A DNA stretch of 64,000 bases. It comes from Amphiscolops sp. MND2022 (lineage: Eukaryota). The stretch lies in the NCBI GenBank assembly GCA_964187785.1, contig OZ076409.1:13146001-13210000 (forward strand), in the 5' to 3' direction. Both the position numbers and the translations under genes were made by a program. Below the pieces are notes generated by a model. It searched no databases, had not been told where the DNA came from, and saw nothing but the letters and a program-made list of their open reading frames with translations. Positions 25,337-36,830 of this stretch are shown here, in pieces. Position 1 is the first letter of the stretch, and the number at the start of each line of letters is the position of its first letter.

Positions 25337-25639
25337 TTAAAGTAAGAAATATGGAGGGGTTGGCTCCCGCAGAGCACCCCAGAGTTTTTGGCGAGCAATG
25401 AGGAGACGAAGTTTTTGCACTCCCACCAGACCAATCTGCGATGTGGCGAGGTTCCTCAGGAAGATGATGAATTCTACCCAACCAGGGCTAAGGTAGTCCA
25501 GACATAACGCGCCCAATTCGCCCTCCACGGTCAGCTGGACCTCGTGATGCTCTGCAATTTCCATACGGGTGATCTCGAACACCACGCGGAAGTACTGAGA
25601 TTCCCAATACAGTTTCAATAGGAAAGGACCTTGTGCCAT
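25337..25639 (-). CDS. Hypothetical ~100-aa accessory protein (frame open upstream to 25813)
   Basis: ATG-initiated ORF MAQGPFLLKLYW... in a GC-richer island of the element's internal region. Shares motifs with the 26059-26352 ORF. Confidence 0.45.
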   Translation of the reverse strand: MAQGPFLLKLYWESQYFRVVFEITRMEIAEHHEVQLTVEGELGALCLDYLSPGWVEFIIFLRNLATSQIGLVGVQKLRLLIARQKLWGALREPTPPYFLL

Positions 25640-26058
25640 GTTGTTATTCTCGTTCTGATTTAGGCGCAGAGGAAAGCGTATGGATGTATAATTAAGCAGT
25701 ACCGAAACTCCGAGCTGGCGAAAGTTGACTGTGGTAAAAGAGTAAATATGTCGAGTAAACAAAACTTCCAACGACGAAAATCCCACTTCATTTAATTTTT
25801 GATTCTTTGACATACTTCTGAATACGAATATCTAAACAAGTAAAAGGAGAACCATTTAAAAACAACCCCGTACCCGAATGTTGCCGAAAGTACAGGAAAC
25901 AATTGTTTGCTCTCTAAACAGATCTCGAAGCAGCCCGTCGAATTAAACTTCACGAGTACTAAAATTTCAGAATAAGCATTTTTGTTGGCACGAATAGCAA
26001 GTAAAGTTCGAGTTTGTTTAGTATTATTATCGATTGATTTTTTCACCATTTTGCGTTC

Positions 26059-26352
26059 ATGGCTTTTATGGGACTGTATATAAGCAATTGGTACTTACCG
26101 AATTGGAATGAGTACGTACGAGTAGTAAGAATCTTCTGCCTCTTCGACCGGGCACCCATGACAGTGGAAGTATCCACCGCAACCCGTGGGCGGCGAGAAG
26201 TAGTAATACGCCCGGGAACAGAGGAGTGGAGGAGTCTGTCGGCGCTCCTCCGCGATTATCGAAGAACAGCGGGTAATCTCAATGCAACGGAGCGAGGTGC
26301 ACTCGAAGAACTCATGGCTTATATGGGAAGCTTTTATAGATTGACTCAGTGA
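26059..26352 (+). CDS. Hypothetical 97-aa accessory protein
   Basis: ATG-initiated ORF, GC-richer than its flanks, with AATAAA a few bases after the stop codon. Confidence 0.5.
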   Translation: MAFMGLYISNWYLPNWNEYVRVVRIFCLFDRAPMTVEVSTATRGRREVVIRPGTEEWRSLSALLRDYRRTAGNLNATERGALEELMAYMGSFYRLTQ

Positions 26353-26706
26353 AAAAAAATAAATAGTATTCGGTGTGGTATTTAACGATTTTTGTTATCC
26401 AGGCTTTTCAGTTTTTTTTTACTTTTTTACCAATATAATCTACTACAAATACGAACTTGAGTATTTTTTTTAAATTCTGACTTCGGTGCTTTTTTTTCTT
26501 TATATGATGTTTAAATTGCCTACGTTATTTTTTTATATTGATTTTTACCCTTCAAGGAACACTGTAGATATTATCAACGATCCGTGTTATTGTTTTTTTT
26601 TGGAAATCATTTGCTCAATGCCCAACCCCTATCATAACGTGTATGTGTAACCTAGATCCCACGGTTCTGCCAAAGACGTTAAGTTTATTCGGGAGAACAA
26701 ACGTGC

Positions 26707-26718
26707 AGAAGGGAAGAG
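26707..26718 (+). promoter_or_regulatory. Polypurine tract
   Basis: AGAAGGGAAGAG directly abuts the TG of the 3' LTR. Confidence 0.9.
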
Positions 26719-28374
26719 TGTGGAAATTTTAGTTTTAGGCGTCTACGAAAACCCATTGCTTTTGCGCGAAGTACATACGCTAGGCAGAACTATGTTAATC
26801 ATGTTTTTAGACCGTCGTAATAGTGAAAACAGCTGAACAGGCTGACAATAGCATGCTTCGATATGGCTTATTTGGCAACCTAGGTATTTACTTAGTAAAC
26901 GAAACTTCTTAGGTAGAATTAACGAGCTAGTGAGTGACGTCAGTGATGAAGTAATTCGAATCGACTAAATCGGAGTCGATCCCTGAGAGCGAATTTTGCT
27001 AAGTCCTGCTTAAGAGCAAAAAGATTCTAAGATACACTATGAAAAACCAAACATCACAAATCTTTAAACCCCCCCCCCCAAACGGTTTTTCTCAAAGACT
27101 ATTTATCGTAGAGACCTAAATTTTGGCACACGTATACCTGAGCTGTTATGCTACCGATCTTTGAAAACGGATACATTAATCGGTCCACCACGCGCGGAAT
27201 AATGTTTGTTTAAGGCACGCGGGACCGGACGCGCGGGCCCGACCGATAAAAGACCTTTGACCTTGGCTTGTAATACCTCAAACGAACCGGAATGATGAAT
27301 GTAAGCGATTAATAACGTGAAGGGAACCATATTTGTAACCCATGCGGGGGTAACCGCCTTAAGTAAACAAACGATACGCATATCATGTAACTCGAAGACC
27401 ATTGACCCAGGACGATATAACTTGGCATGTGGCAACATTGGATGAGGGCAATTAACTTCAAGGTCACAGATGGACCTCGAGGTCATCCTGGATGCAACCT
27501 AGACACATAAAGAGAAACTTATGATAAAACATGTAAATCAGCGTCTTTGCGTGATAATTTATGCATTACAGCCAGGCGGAACGATTCGCGATGCATTACG
27601 CCCAAAAGGACGGAAAAGTAACCCTCACACGTAGAGAGCATGTAAACCATGTAACTGAAGGTCATTAAACGATTGGCTCGATATTGGAAATATCTTGGTT
27701 GACTTGAATTATTATTGAAATGTGAACTTTGTACAACCTTTGTTGAAGTATTTGTCGTTGGCAGCGAAGTATGTCTGGCCGAAACATAACTAAGGCGCTG
27801 CCATACCATAAAAGGAATGAAACTACATGAAGTCAAAAGCATGCAAATAAAAGAGCGACATCGGTACAACAAAAATGCGGCTGATGGATAAATATCTCAG
27901 GGAGGGAAAAAGAGACCGAATTGAGACAGAAGAACGATTACGAAGTTAAGAGTAAGTTGAGCCGCGTGCGGGCAAGAAACCTACTCGAGATCGAATTTGA
28001 CTTAACTGCTTCGTGAGAGCAGCGAATAAGTTACAAGTCCGGGACTTGGAAATCTTTGAGTGAATCGTGATTTTGGCACAGTCTTGTCGAGTTATTGTAT
28101 ATAATTCATTCACCTGCTGGGCTATTGTTATTTGATTGAGAGTTTGTATACTGTGGAAACCTTCGACTTGTTATATCCAGATAACTCCTGAATTAGAGTT
28201 TTAACTGCAAGTAACTTTTCCATAGCATTTTTGGAGTCGAAACTTGAGCACTGGAGAGACTTTGTGAAAAGAGTACGCGATACGTGAACGAAACTTACTC
28301 ACCAAAAACAAAACCTTTCTGTTAGAATCGAGCCATTGGGATCTCTCTCCAACCCACTAGCAAAAATTTCTACA
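26719..28374 (+). repeat. 3' LTR (1656 bp)
   Basis: Copy of the 5' LTR with about 5 substitutions seen by eye, a 199-bp deletion, a +3 poly-C expansion and a 1-bp deletion. Confidence 0.97.
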
Positions 28375-28817
28375 GAAACTTATTTCGGATATAACGTCAA
28401 ACGTTGAATGACTATTGTATATCAAAAGTTTTGAAAAAATTATTGGATATATATTATTGACAAAACCTAATATCAGACGAAAATTGAGAAGCATTTAGTA
28501 GGAGGTTCAGGAGTTTAGTAGTTCTGTAAAAAGTGTCCACTACACATACATTCTGTTATCTGACGAAAGAAAACTTGTCACTGTAACACTCTTGTGTTAA
28601 AATGCGCCGACTAAAAATATCAATTCTTCGATTTCTTTGTCTTTTGCGGAATGAACTTTGTATTGAGATCGAAAATAAAAGTTTCTTCATGAAAGGTATT
28701 GAAAATTTGCTTCCACCCAATTAATGAAATTTATTTTTGATTTTCAGGCAGTCTTGCCAAATTAACATTTGGTGCTTCGACATAATCAATTTTTGGACCA
28801 TGTCATCTATCCCCCAA

Positions 28818-31414
28818 CAAGGTGTACCTGGGAGGGGAAATAGATGACATGGTCCCAATTTTTCGTTCAAAAAAGTTCCTTCAGCATTTTTTGTCGGTGG
28901 GTCGAATGATTAGCCGACAATCTTCATTGAATCTTAGTTCATTGTCACTTTTAAATCAGTAAAAAATCAATCTGTCTATTTTCTACTAATTAATATTCTA
29001 CGCAGCGCTTATATTTTCCATTGCATTTTGTATTGAATAAAGTTAACCTTTCGCATAGTTAAGGGAGATATGAAAATTTCAACGCGTCAAACAATATACA
29101 AATTTTATAAATCTGTCCGCACGTAAATTTTTTCCTGCTATTTAAATAACCACATTGTAACTAATTAAGTGCTCAAACAAGCGTCCGTGTTTTCACAAAA
29201 TGTTGAGAAACTTCGTGCTTATGTATTTACTACCTTTTAGTTATGAGGTCTGTGGTGCTGAAATGTATACAAAGATGAAAATCTGGGAAGCAATGTTTTT
29301 TCCTTCAGTAGACATTTTTCCATAAGCGAGAGACACCTGAAGTTGATAATCAGAAAATTCAACGGACTACTTTAATTTGCACAAGACACTTCGGTCATTT
29401 TCGGTTTTTGCAGCACAAAGGCCAAGTATTGTGGTATCTTGAAATTTCAGCCAATCACAGCTCGTTATCAATATTCGTTCACGTGACTTACGATAGAAAT
29501 GCGTTTTCGGAAATTTAAGCAACACTGTCGTGCAATTTCCGTTTATTATTCACTCAATGGAAAATCCTGTTTCTTTTCAGCAAAAAAGAAAGAAATTTGG
29601 GGAAAATATATTGGCGTTCTGCGCTGAGCCGCGGCGTCAAAGAAATTGCATCCCTAAGCTCAATATTTTGTGTTTATATCCGCAAAATATTACAGCCACT
29701 GCTCCATTAATAAAAAATGAGATATTCTTTCCTCGCCTGCAAAGTCGTCGTTTTTCGCCAAAGATGAACAATTAAGCATCACATCCCCCGTGTTTTCCTT
29801 TCCCTGTTTCGTCTTCACAACGGCAAATCTACACCGGCGCGAAATTTTTCAACGTACTTTTTTTAACATTTGACTGCAGTAAAAGTGATTGAAGAAAAAA
29901 AGTGACTTTGCGATGGTAAAATAGCATTTCAATTAGCTCGCATAAATTATTCCGGTGACGAAAATATGAAACTATTTGGACCATGATTCTTATCCCCCGA
30001 ACACAAAAACATTTTATGAGGTTTTTTTGTAATAATAAATAAGGGTTAAGAAGAAAGGTCCAACTATTATTTATTTAAAAAGTCTATGATTTTGCAAAGT
30101 TGAGGGATTTAAAAATTCGTTGAAACAGTTTTTGTAGTTACCAGGGATTCCGCAAAATCAATGAAGTCCTGGAATAATTCTCGTCAAATTTATTCCAGTT
30201 TTTCGAAGAAAAATTGTGTTTCATGAAAACGATTTACTGCGTGTTTTTTTTGAAAAATTCATCATCTTCGCTGAAACACTGATTACTCGTCAGTCAATGG
30301 GATTTTGAATGAAAAGAAATTCACTCTGAACAAGTCAACGAATTCAAAGGTTCTTCATAGAGCCACAAAAACACTTTTAAATTTTGAAGCCTTTTCCGCT
30401 TCTGTTAGACTTTTTAGATTCAGAGCTATTTCAGCGGTTATGTCTGCACAAGTGTAGATAATTGATGTCAATTAGCTTCGGTGATCATTTTTCTCAAATA
30501 AGAAGAAATTACAACGAACACTTTCAATGGATTTCAATTTTCACTTCAATGGATCTGCTTTTCCATTGTTTTTTTAAACTAATATTAGGCAAACTTTTTC
30601 CTTATTAGTATGGCAAAAAAATTCCGGAGGTCCTGATTGTTATTGACATCTAAGAAACGAAATCCTTATTCATGATAATCAAATTTGCCACTCACTTGAT
30701 AAAAATGACTCCTTGACTCTGTGACAAAAAAGGATACTTAGCTTTGTTCTAAAACTCTCCACGTTTTTACCGTCACATTGAAAGAGAATTTTCCGGTGGT
30801 TATCTTGTAACTGAATTCATCACACACACTATATCCATCAAACCAAATATACCATTTTACTTTTTGAGATACCCTTATCAGGGTATCCAATCTGGTGATT
30901 ATTCGTTGCGCCGGAAAATGTAATCATTCCCATCGCGCGGAAATTGAACTTCGTCCCTTATAGACTGGTTAAGTTTCATATCAGCGATTAGTTTTGTATT
31001 GGTTGTATACCCTTCGTCAAAACCAGCCATCTGCTTTGATTCGCTCCTGGCGCTAGAATGTACTAGAGCAGCATTTAGGGCACTTGACATTATTTTCCGC
31101 GCGTTGAATGGCTTGCGAAATTTTCGGCGCAATTAATGTTCGACGCGATGGGAATCCACCATCCAATTCCCGAAAAATCATGGATACTTTCAGGACACTC
31201 GATTATTTGAACCAGCCTATGCGAATTCCTACAATAATTCAGTCGCCTTCATCATCAGTGTGAAATAAACTTACGATGGAACAGATGTTACTGATTACTC
31301 TACCAAGAACCTTAGTCTTTATCTTCTTTGGGCGCTCCTGATTAGTTGCTCGTTAAATCACCAGTTAGTTGCTCATTTTGGACCATGTTTCTTATACCCC
31401 CCAGGTACACCTTG
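28818..31414. mobile_element. Putative decayed TIR DNA transposon (~2.6 kb)
   Basis: CAAGGTGTACCTGGG..ACATGGTCC at the left and GGACCATGT..CCCAGGTACACCTTG at the right. No TSD or transposase motif recognised. Confidence 0.5.
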
Positions 31415-33302
31415 TGTCGTATCCGCCCTCTCCCAACACGAAAAACATTATATTTTTAAAGAAAAATATTTCACTGATAAAAGAATTTTATATGGTTGTA
31501 AATGTTTTGAGGAATGTCTGTCTCAACAGCTGTTTTTACACTGGGGGGTGTATAAGAAACATGGTTCCTCATTTTTGTCCTTGTACCGACTTGGTAGTTA
31601 ACCGAATTGGTAATTAACCGATTTGAATTCCTGATGGATGTATTCTTCAACTTTTCTGCACCAATTCAACCAACGATGCTGCCCTTAATGCGATGACCTC
31701 TTACCGGCTAGTGAACACACCAAGTACTTTCTTTCATGTAGAAAGTGCTTGACCTCTCGCTACTAATATTGCAATTCGCAATTTTCAAAAATCTGTGGAA
31801 ACCGGAAATTAATAATTGTTTTTTATCTATGAACTGTAACAATTTCACATGACTGTCAATGATTTAAGGAAGAACCTACTAATTACGAGTTTCGATCCAA
31901 TAATTGAGAGAAGTTTGACATTTTCAAAAATTCAAAAATTTGAATGTCTCGTTAAAATATCGAATGAGTCAGAAATTTTAATAACCACTGTTTTATTTTT
32001 TTTCAAACTGTCAACTCCTATGGAAAAAATTGTTAACACTAAACGGACCGAATTTTCAAGTTTTAATTCGACTGTTCACCACTACACTACATTCAATTGA
32101 AATTGGTTATTTTCTGCCCATATTTGGAAAGAGTGCCTATCAAACTGCCTCGAAATGGCCTAAAAAAGATCAAATGACTAAAATGACAAAATTTCCAAAA
32201 GCCGCCACGAGTTTGAGTCCTTGCTTCAGCCATTTCGTGCCACAGTGTATTTTTCGTGCATTTGCAAAACCGGACGAGACTAAAGGGTCCCCCTTTTCAT
32301 TTTTTCGGCTTTGAGAATTTTTTTCCGAAAATTTTTGAATGCGTCCAAAGGGCTCCCTCCAATTTTGCAACAAACGGGATTTCCAAAAACCCAAAGGGTC
32401 GCCCCTCTTACAGTTTTCGGCATTGTGAGTTTTTTCAAAATGAATGTTTTTCGTCTTAAAATTAGGTTTTCTCAGGCCCAGCACGCTATATCCGAACTCA
32501 GTTTTTTTAAACCTTTGCTCTTTTACTGTTTTTGCAGCTTTTCATCAAACTTTTCAAAAGTTTTATAAGGAGTAGTCTCTCTTTTTAGTAGCCGCTTTCG
32601 TTAGAAAACGTTGATTAGAGTAGTGGCTTTTTTGAGGCGTGCGAACTCACAGATTTCTATAAATTTCTATAACTTGCTCCAATACGGGTTTCAGTACGGC
32701 CTCCAGTAGGACGGCCATTTGGTAAAGTGAATAATTACATTGCTGCAAAGCGAGGGTACGTGAGTTCGAATTCCAGAATGGACGTTTTTTTGCTATTTTT
32801 TTCGAAAGTAATCGAAATGACCGGGTCCCTTCAGTTTTTTTTTCGGTACTGTGAAACTTTGTTTTCGAAACTTTTTAAATTTGATCAAAAGACACCCTCC
32901 AGAACCTCCAAGTTTTTGGTTCGTGAAAAGCCGTTGCAGGCCTAAAGGGTCTCTTATAAGGTTTTTAGGCAGTATGCGATGTTTTTGAAAATATATTTTG
33001 TTTCGAAAAATTGTCTTTTTAAATATTTCCATTTCAGTAAAAAGTGATTTTCGGGTCTCAAGGGTATCTCCTCGGGTATTTTTTGGCACAGTATGATAAA
33101 GGAAACGTAACTCAGTAGGTTTGCTTTGAATATACAAAACAGATTGCTCTCTTTGAACATTGAGCGGATCTCCGACTTGGGCCGTTACCAGCTGCCTATT
33201 TTTTGAAATTTTCTGGCTTTTAAGTAAGTCTTAGTGCAAGTGAGATCTATGTAGATGTCCTTAAATGACTCCATTTTATCGCCACACTCCAATCCTCTTA
33301 TT

Positions 33303-33616
33303 ATTATCCGACCTACATTTTCAATGGGGAGGAAAATCATCATCTGTGTTGCGATTTTTTTCCAAATTCTGCCAAATCTCCACGCTCCATCACTTGACTC
33401 ACCACCGTAAGATCTAAAGTAAAAATGGGATTAGGATCAAAAGGGAATAAGATCTAAAATTTCAGGACGGGAATAAGGTCTAAAGGGAATAAGATCTAAA
33501 ATCACTAAATTTTAGATCTTATTTTTTAGATCTTGTTCCCCTCCCAAAATAGCTATGGCTCAAGTGATGGAGGCGAAAAGGGAGGAAAATATCCCGGTGC
33601 TTAGCGGGCGTCTTGT
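33303..33616 (+). mobile_element. HINE-like family B copy with internal TAAGATCTAAA repeats
   Basis: Family B termini. Near reverse complement of 53231-53595. Confidence 0.68.
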
Positions 33617-33919
33617 CATCATTCAAATGTTGCAAAAGTGACGTTCCTGACAATCTTAAAGGATTACGTACCAAATAACATAAGAGCAAATAACATAAAA
33701 ACGAAATTAGTCCCATTTAACATAAAAATGAAATAAGTTTCAAATAACATGAAATTAAAACCGAATACCCGGTTAAACAATTGAACTCAGAAAATTTCAT
33801 CTGTAATTTTCATACTTTTTCAGTGAATCTTTTGAATTGTGAATGCTTTTGACCACTAAAACTTTCTCGTAAACAATTTAATTTTTATGTTAAGTGAAAC
33901 TCATTTCATTTTTATGTTA

Positions 33920-34093
33920 CACTCAACTTTGTTCATAAGGATTACGTTTATAACGATATTCCGGTTATAGCGATAGAGTTTCACGGTCCCGGCTACTATG
34001 CTAGTATATAACGATTTTCGCATATAACGATATTCGTATATAACGATTAAAAAACGCCGGTCCCTGGGCAATCGTTATAAGCGGAGTTGAGTG
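33920..34093. mobile_element. Small Tc1/pogo-type MITE
   Basis: TA|CACTCAACT ... AGTTGAGTG|TA with internal TATAACGAT repeats. Confidence 0.65.
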
Positions 34094-35164
34094 TATTTGA
34101 AACTAATTTTGATTTTATGTTATTTGCTCTAATGTTATTTGGGAATTCACCATCTTGAAGGATTTTTAGAAATTTTCAGAAACATTTCCGAAGACATGAA
34201 AAACCGTTTGCAAATTCTATTTTCATGGACAATCTGAGTTGTTCTCAGATAACCAAAATTGCATTCTTCTATTGAAAGCATGAATTCTGCACAAAGTTTC
34301 ATTAGGACTCTGATAATCATAATTAACATTTGGAGTAAAGCTTCGCTTGGAAACGGTAATACGAATAATCGCTACAGTGATCCCTGGACACAGATGTTTC
34401 TAAATTAGACATTTTCTAAAACAGGTATTTCTAGGAATGATGTTTTTCATCCATTTTTTATCTGTTATGTTGCCTAGTTAATTTTTTGGAAGTAGGTCCT
34501 GATTATATATCTTATCTAGGCACGAGATAATAAATTACAAATTGCTTTGAAAATCGACATCCAGACTCCAAATGTTCAATTTTTTTTAGTTAGTATGCAA
34601 ATATTTTTATCGATTTTTTCCTGTAGGAACTTCTGCGGAATGTCATTATTAGCGATAACCCAACGCCAATTAATGGCATTTTTGAACCAAGGCATAAATC
34701 AAAGTTGTTTGAAGGCGATCATGCAAATAAGACCTGGTAATTTGTGACAATTAAATTCATTAAAGTGTTTGGGGTTGTAAAAGTTCCTTTAAAATCAAGT
34801 TTTGACTGCATATTTTAATGACAGTTTTGTCCTCGCCAGCTCACTCGAGTTTTTATTGTGCAAAACCTTAATCGTGTTTTGGTTTGAGGCTCAGTTTTGC
34901 ACATGGTTGTATTAAACGACAACTTAGCTTACCTAATTAATTAATTATAATTAATTCAAATGCTTTAGCCTGAGTTTTATAATAAAATGGGAAGCAAACT
35001 TTTCCTGTGGCCATGTTTTTATGGGGCATTTTGCTCAATTTTGATACAAATGCGTGGCAGTCAATTCCGAGTTTGGTTCTGATAAACTTGAAAGAGCTCT
35101 TCATCCATAGTCATTTGTCTTTTTAGGCCTTCCTGACTTATTCCGTGTGTACCTCTGCGTCAAA

Positions 35165-35605
35165 CAGAGTTGGAACCGGGTCATGATTTTCTACCCGAAG
35201 CCCGGCCCGAGCCCGTTTCAAAAATCCTAACACGACGCGATATTTTTGAACATTTTTAATACCCGACGAAACTGCCCGGAAACGAATTTGATACCCGAAA
35301 GTAGATTGTACATGATAATCAGATATAAGCATCATGAGAATTCAAAAATCCCAGTTTTTACAACAGAATTCAAAAATTCAACATCTAACATTTTTTGACA
35401 GACATCTGGGCTCTACGAACTGTGCGAATAAGACAAACTTGATTAAAATTTCGTTAACTTTGAGCGAATAAAAGATTAATGTATAAATTTTCAATTTATT
35501 TTCCTTATTGTTATACCCGGCCCGAAAAAATTTAAGCCCGAAAAAGCCCGGTTATAAGCCTGCACGGCCCGGTAACATTTAATGACGTGCTTGGTTCCAA
35601 CTCTG
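35165..35605. mobile_element. hAT-type MITE
   Basis: TIR CAGAGTTGGAACC/GGTTCCAACTCTG and perfect 8-bp TSD GCGTCAAA. Confidence 0.85.
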
Positions 35606-36394
35606 GCGTCAAATCATTCGTGTAACTGGATGAATTCTTGTTGATCACTCCTTTTTCTGCTCTCTTTATCTCAAGATTCTCTCGTACAGGCTGAGTGGGG
35701 TATTGTTGTCTTTTGATCCCTTTAATATGATCGAATCCGAAAATCATCTTACTGAAACAGGAAATATTTGTCAGAAATTCAAAGCAAAGATTTTTAATAA
35801 AGGCTGACTATAGTAAGTGTTCTTGGTTTGTTTTTAGTCGGCGCGTTTCAGTAAAAAGTGCTAGACTCTTACAGTGGTCTTTTTTTACAGAAAAGATTTT
35901 TTCTCCAGTCACTCTGTAACGTCCACTGATATAAAATATTGGTCACCCCGTAACGTCCACTTTTATAAAATTCACCTAACTGCGCCGATTAGAAAGAAGC
36001 GATGGCTTAGTGGTTAACGCGGATTTTCAGGCCTCGTTTTTTAAGTGCTTTTTTATGCTTACAAAGGTTGAGAAAACTAACGCGTCCCTCCCTTGGGTTT
36101 CTTCGGGATTCTATGTGACATTTTTTCTGCATTTTTTCATCCTCCTCGATTTTTATCAGGGATAGAGCGTTTCGCGAGAATATAGGATCGTTAAAGGATT
36201 TTTCGGCACTATGTGTAACATTCCTTGAAAAGGGAATTAGTTGATCTTTAGATGCGTTCCCTGACTCCTTTCGATATTGAAAAGATGCTGAGAACAACTA
36301 CTTATAATTTCGTCCTAATCCACAAAATGTTATAGTGACTCGACCAGAAAGGTGTTAAAGCAACCTGATGTTGATGGTGGTTGTGGTCAAGTGG

Positions 36395-36830
36395 CAGTGT
36401 TGTGCATTTCTTTTTTTAAGGAAAAAAGTTTTTTTATTTATAAAGGATCATTTAAATTATTGCATACTTTCAATACAAATCAAAACAGTATTGCAGACTA
36501 AAATTGCGATTCGTATTAAGATCTAAGCTTAATTTTTCCGATTTTTCGTGAAGTATTGGGCCCTTGGAAATGCCCTGTTTTCTTATAATTGAATACTTTA
36601 ACTTGAAAATTCTGAATAATAGATATTAAAACTTCCCAAAAAATAGATCGAGTTAACTCCGGTCTCTATCGCCGAGGTTGGATTCACATTAAGAGTACAG
36701 TTTCTTTTTATTTAAACAATTACTTTTCATTTAAAATATTTTTCCTTTAAATGAATCGCTTTTAAAGGTTGGAAAATTTATATGATCATTTAAATGATCC
36801 TTTATATTATCCTTTAAATGTAAAACACTG
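36395..36830. mobile_element. hAT-type MITE
   Basis: CAGTGTTGTGCATTT / AAATGTAAAACACTG with imperfect TSD TCAAGTGG/TCAAGCGA. Confidence 0.6.

Larger units (their letters stand above)
19977..28374 (+). mobile_element. Complete non-autonomous Ty3/Gypsy-like LTR retroelement (gag-protease + macrodomain, no pol)
   Basis: Two near-identical direct repeats start TGTGGAAATTTT and end AAAATTTCTACA. 5-bp TSD GAAAC at 19972-19976 and 28375-28379. PBS follows the 5' LTR, PPT precedes the 3' LTR, and a Gag/protease ORF lies inside. Confidence 0.97.

Noticed and set aside
25337..26352. env gene
   Set aside because: No long ORF with signal peptide, furin site or C-terminal transmembrane anchor.
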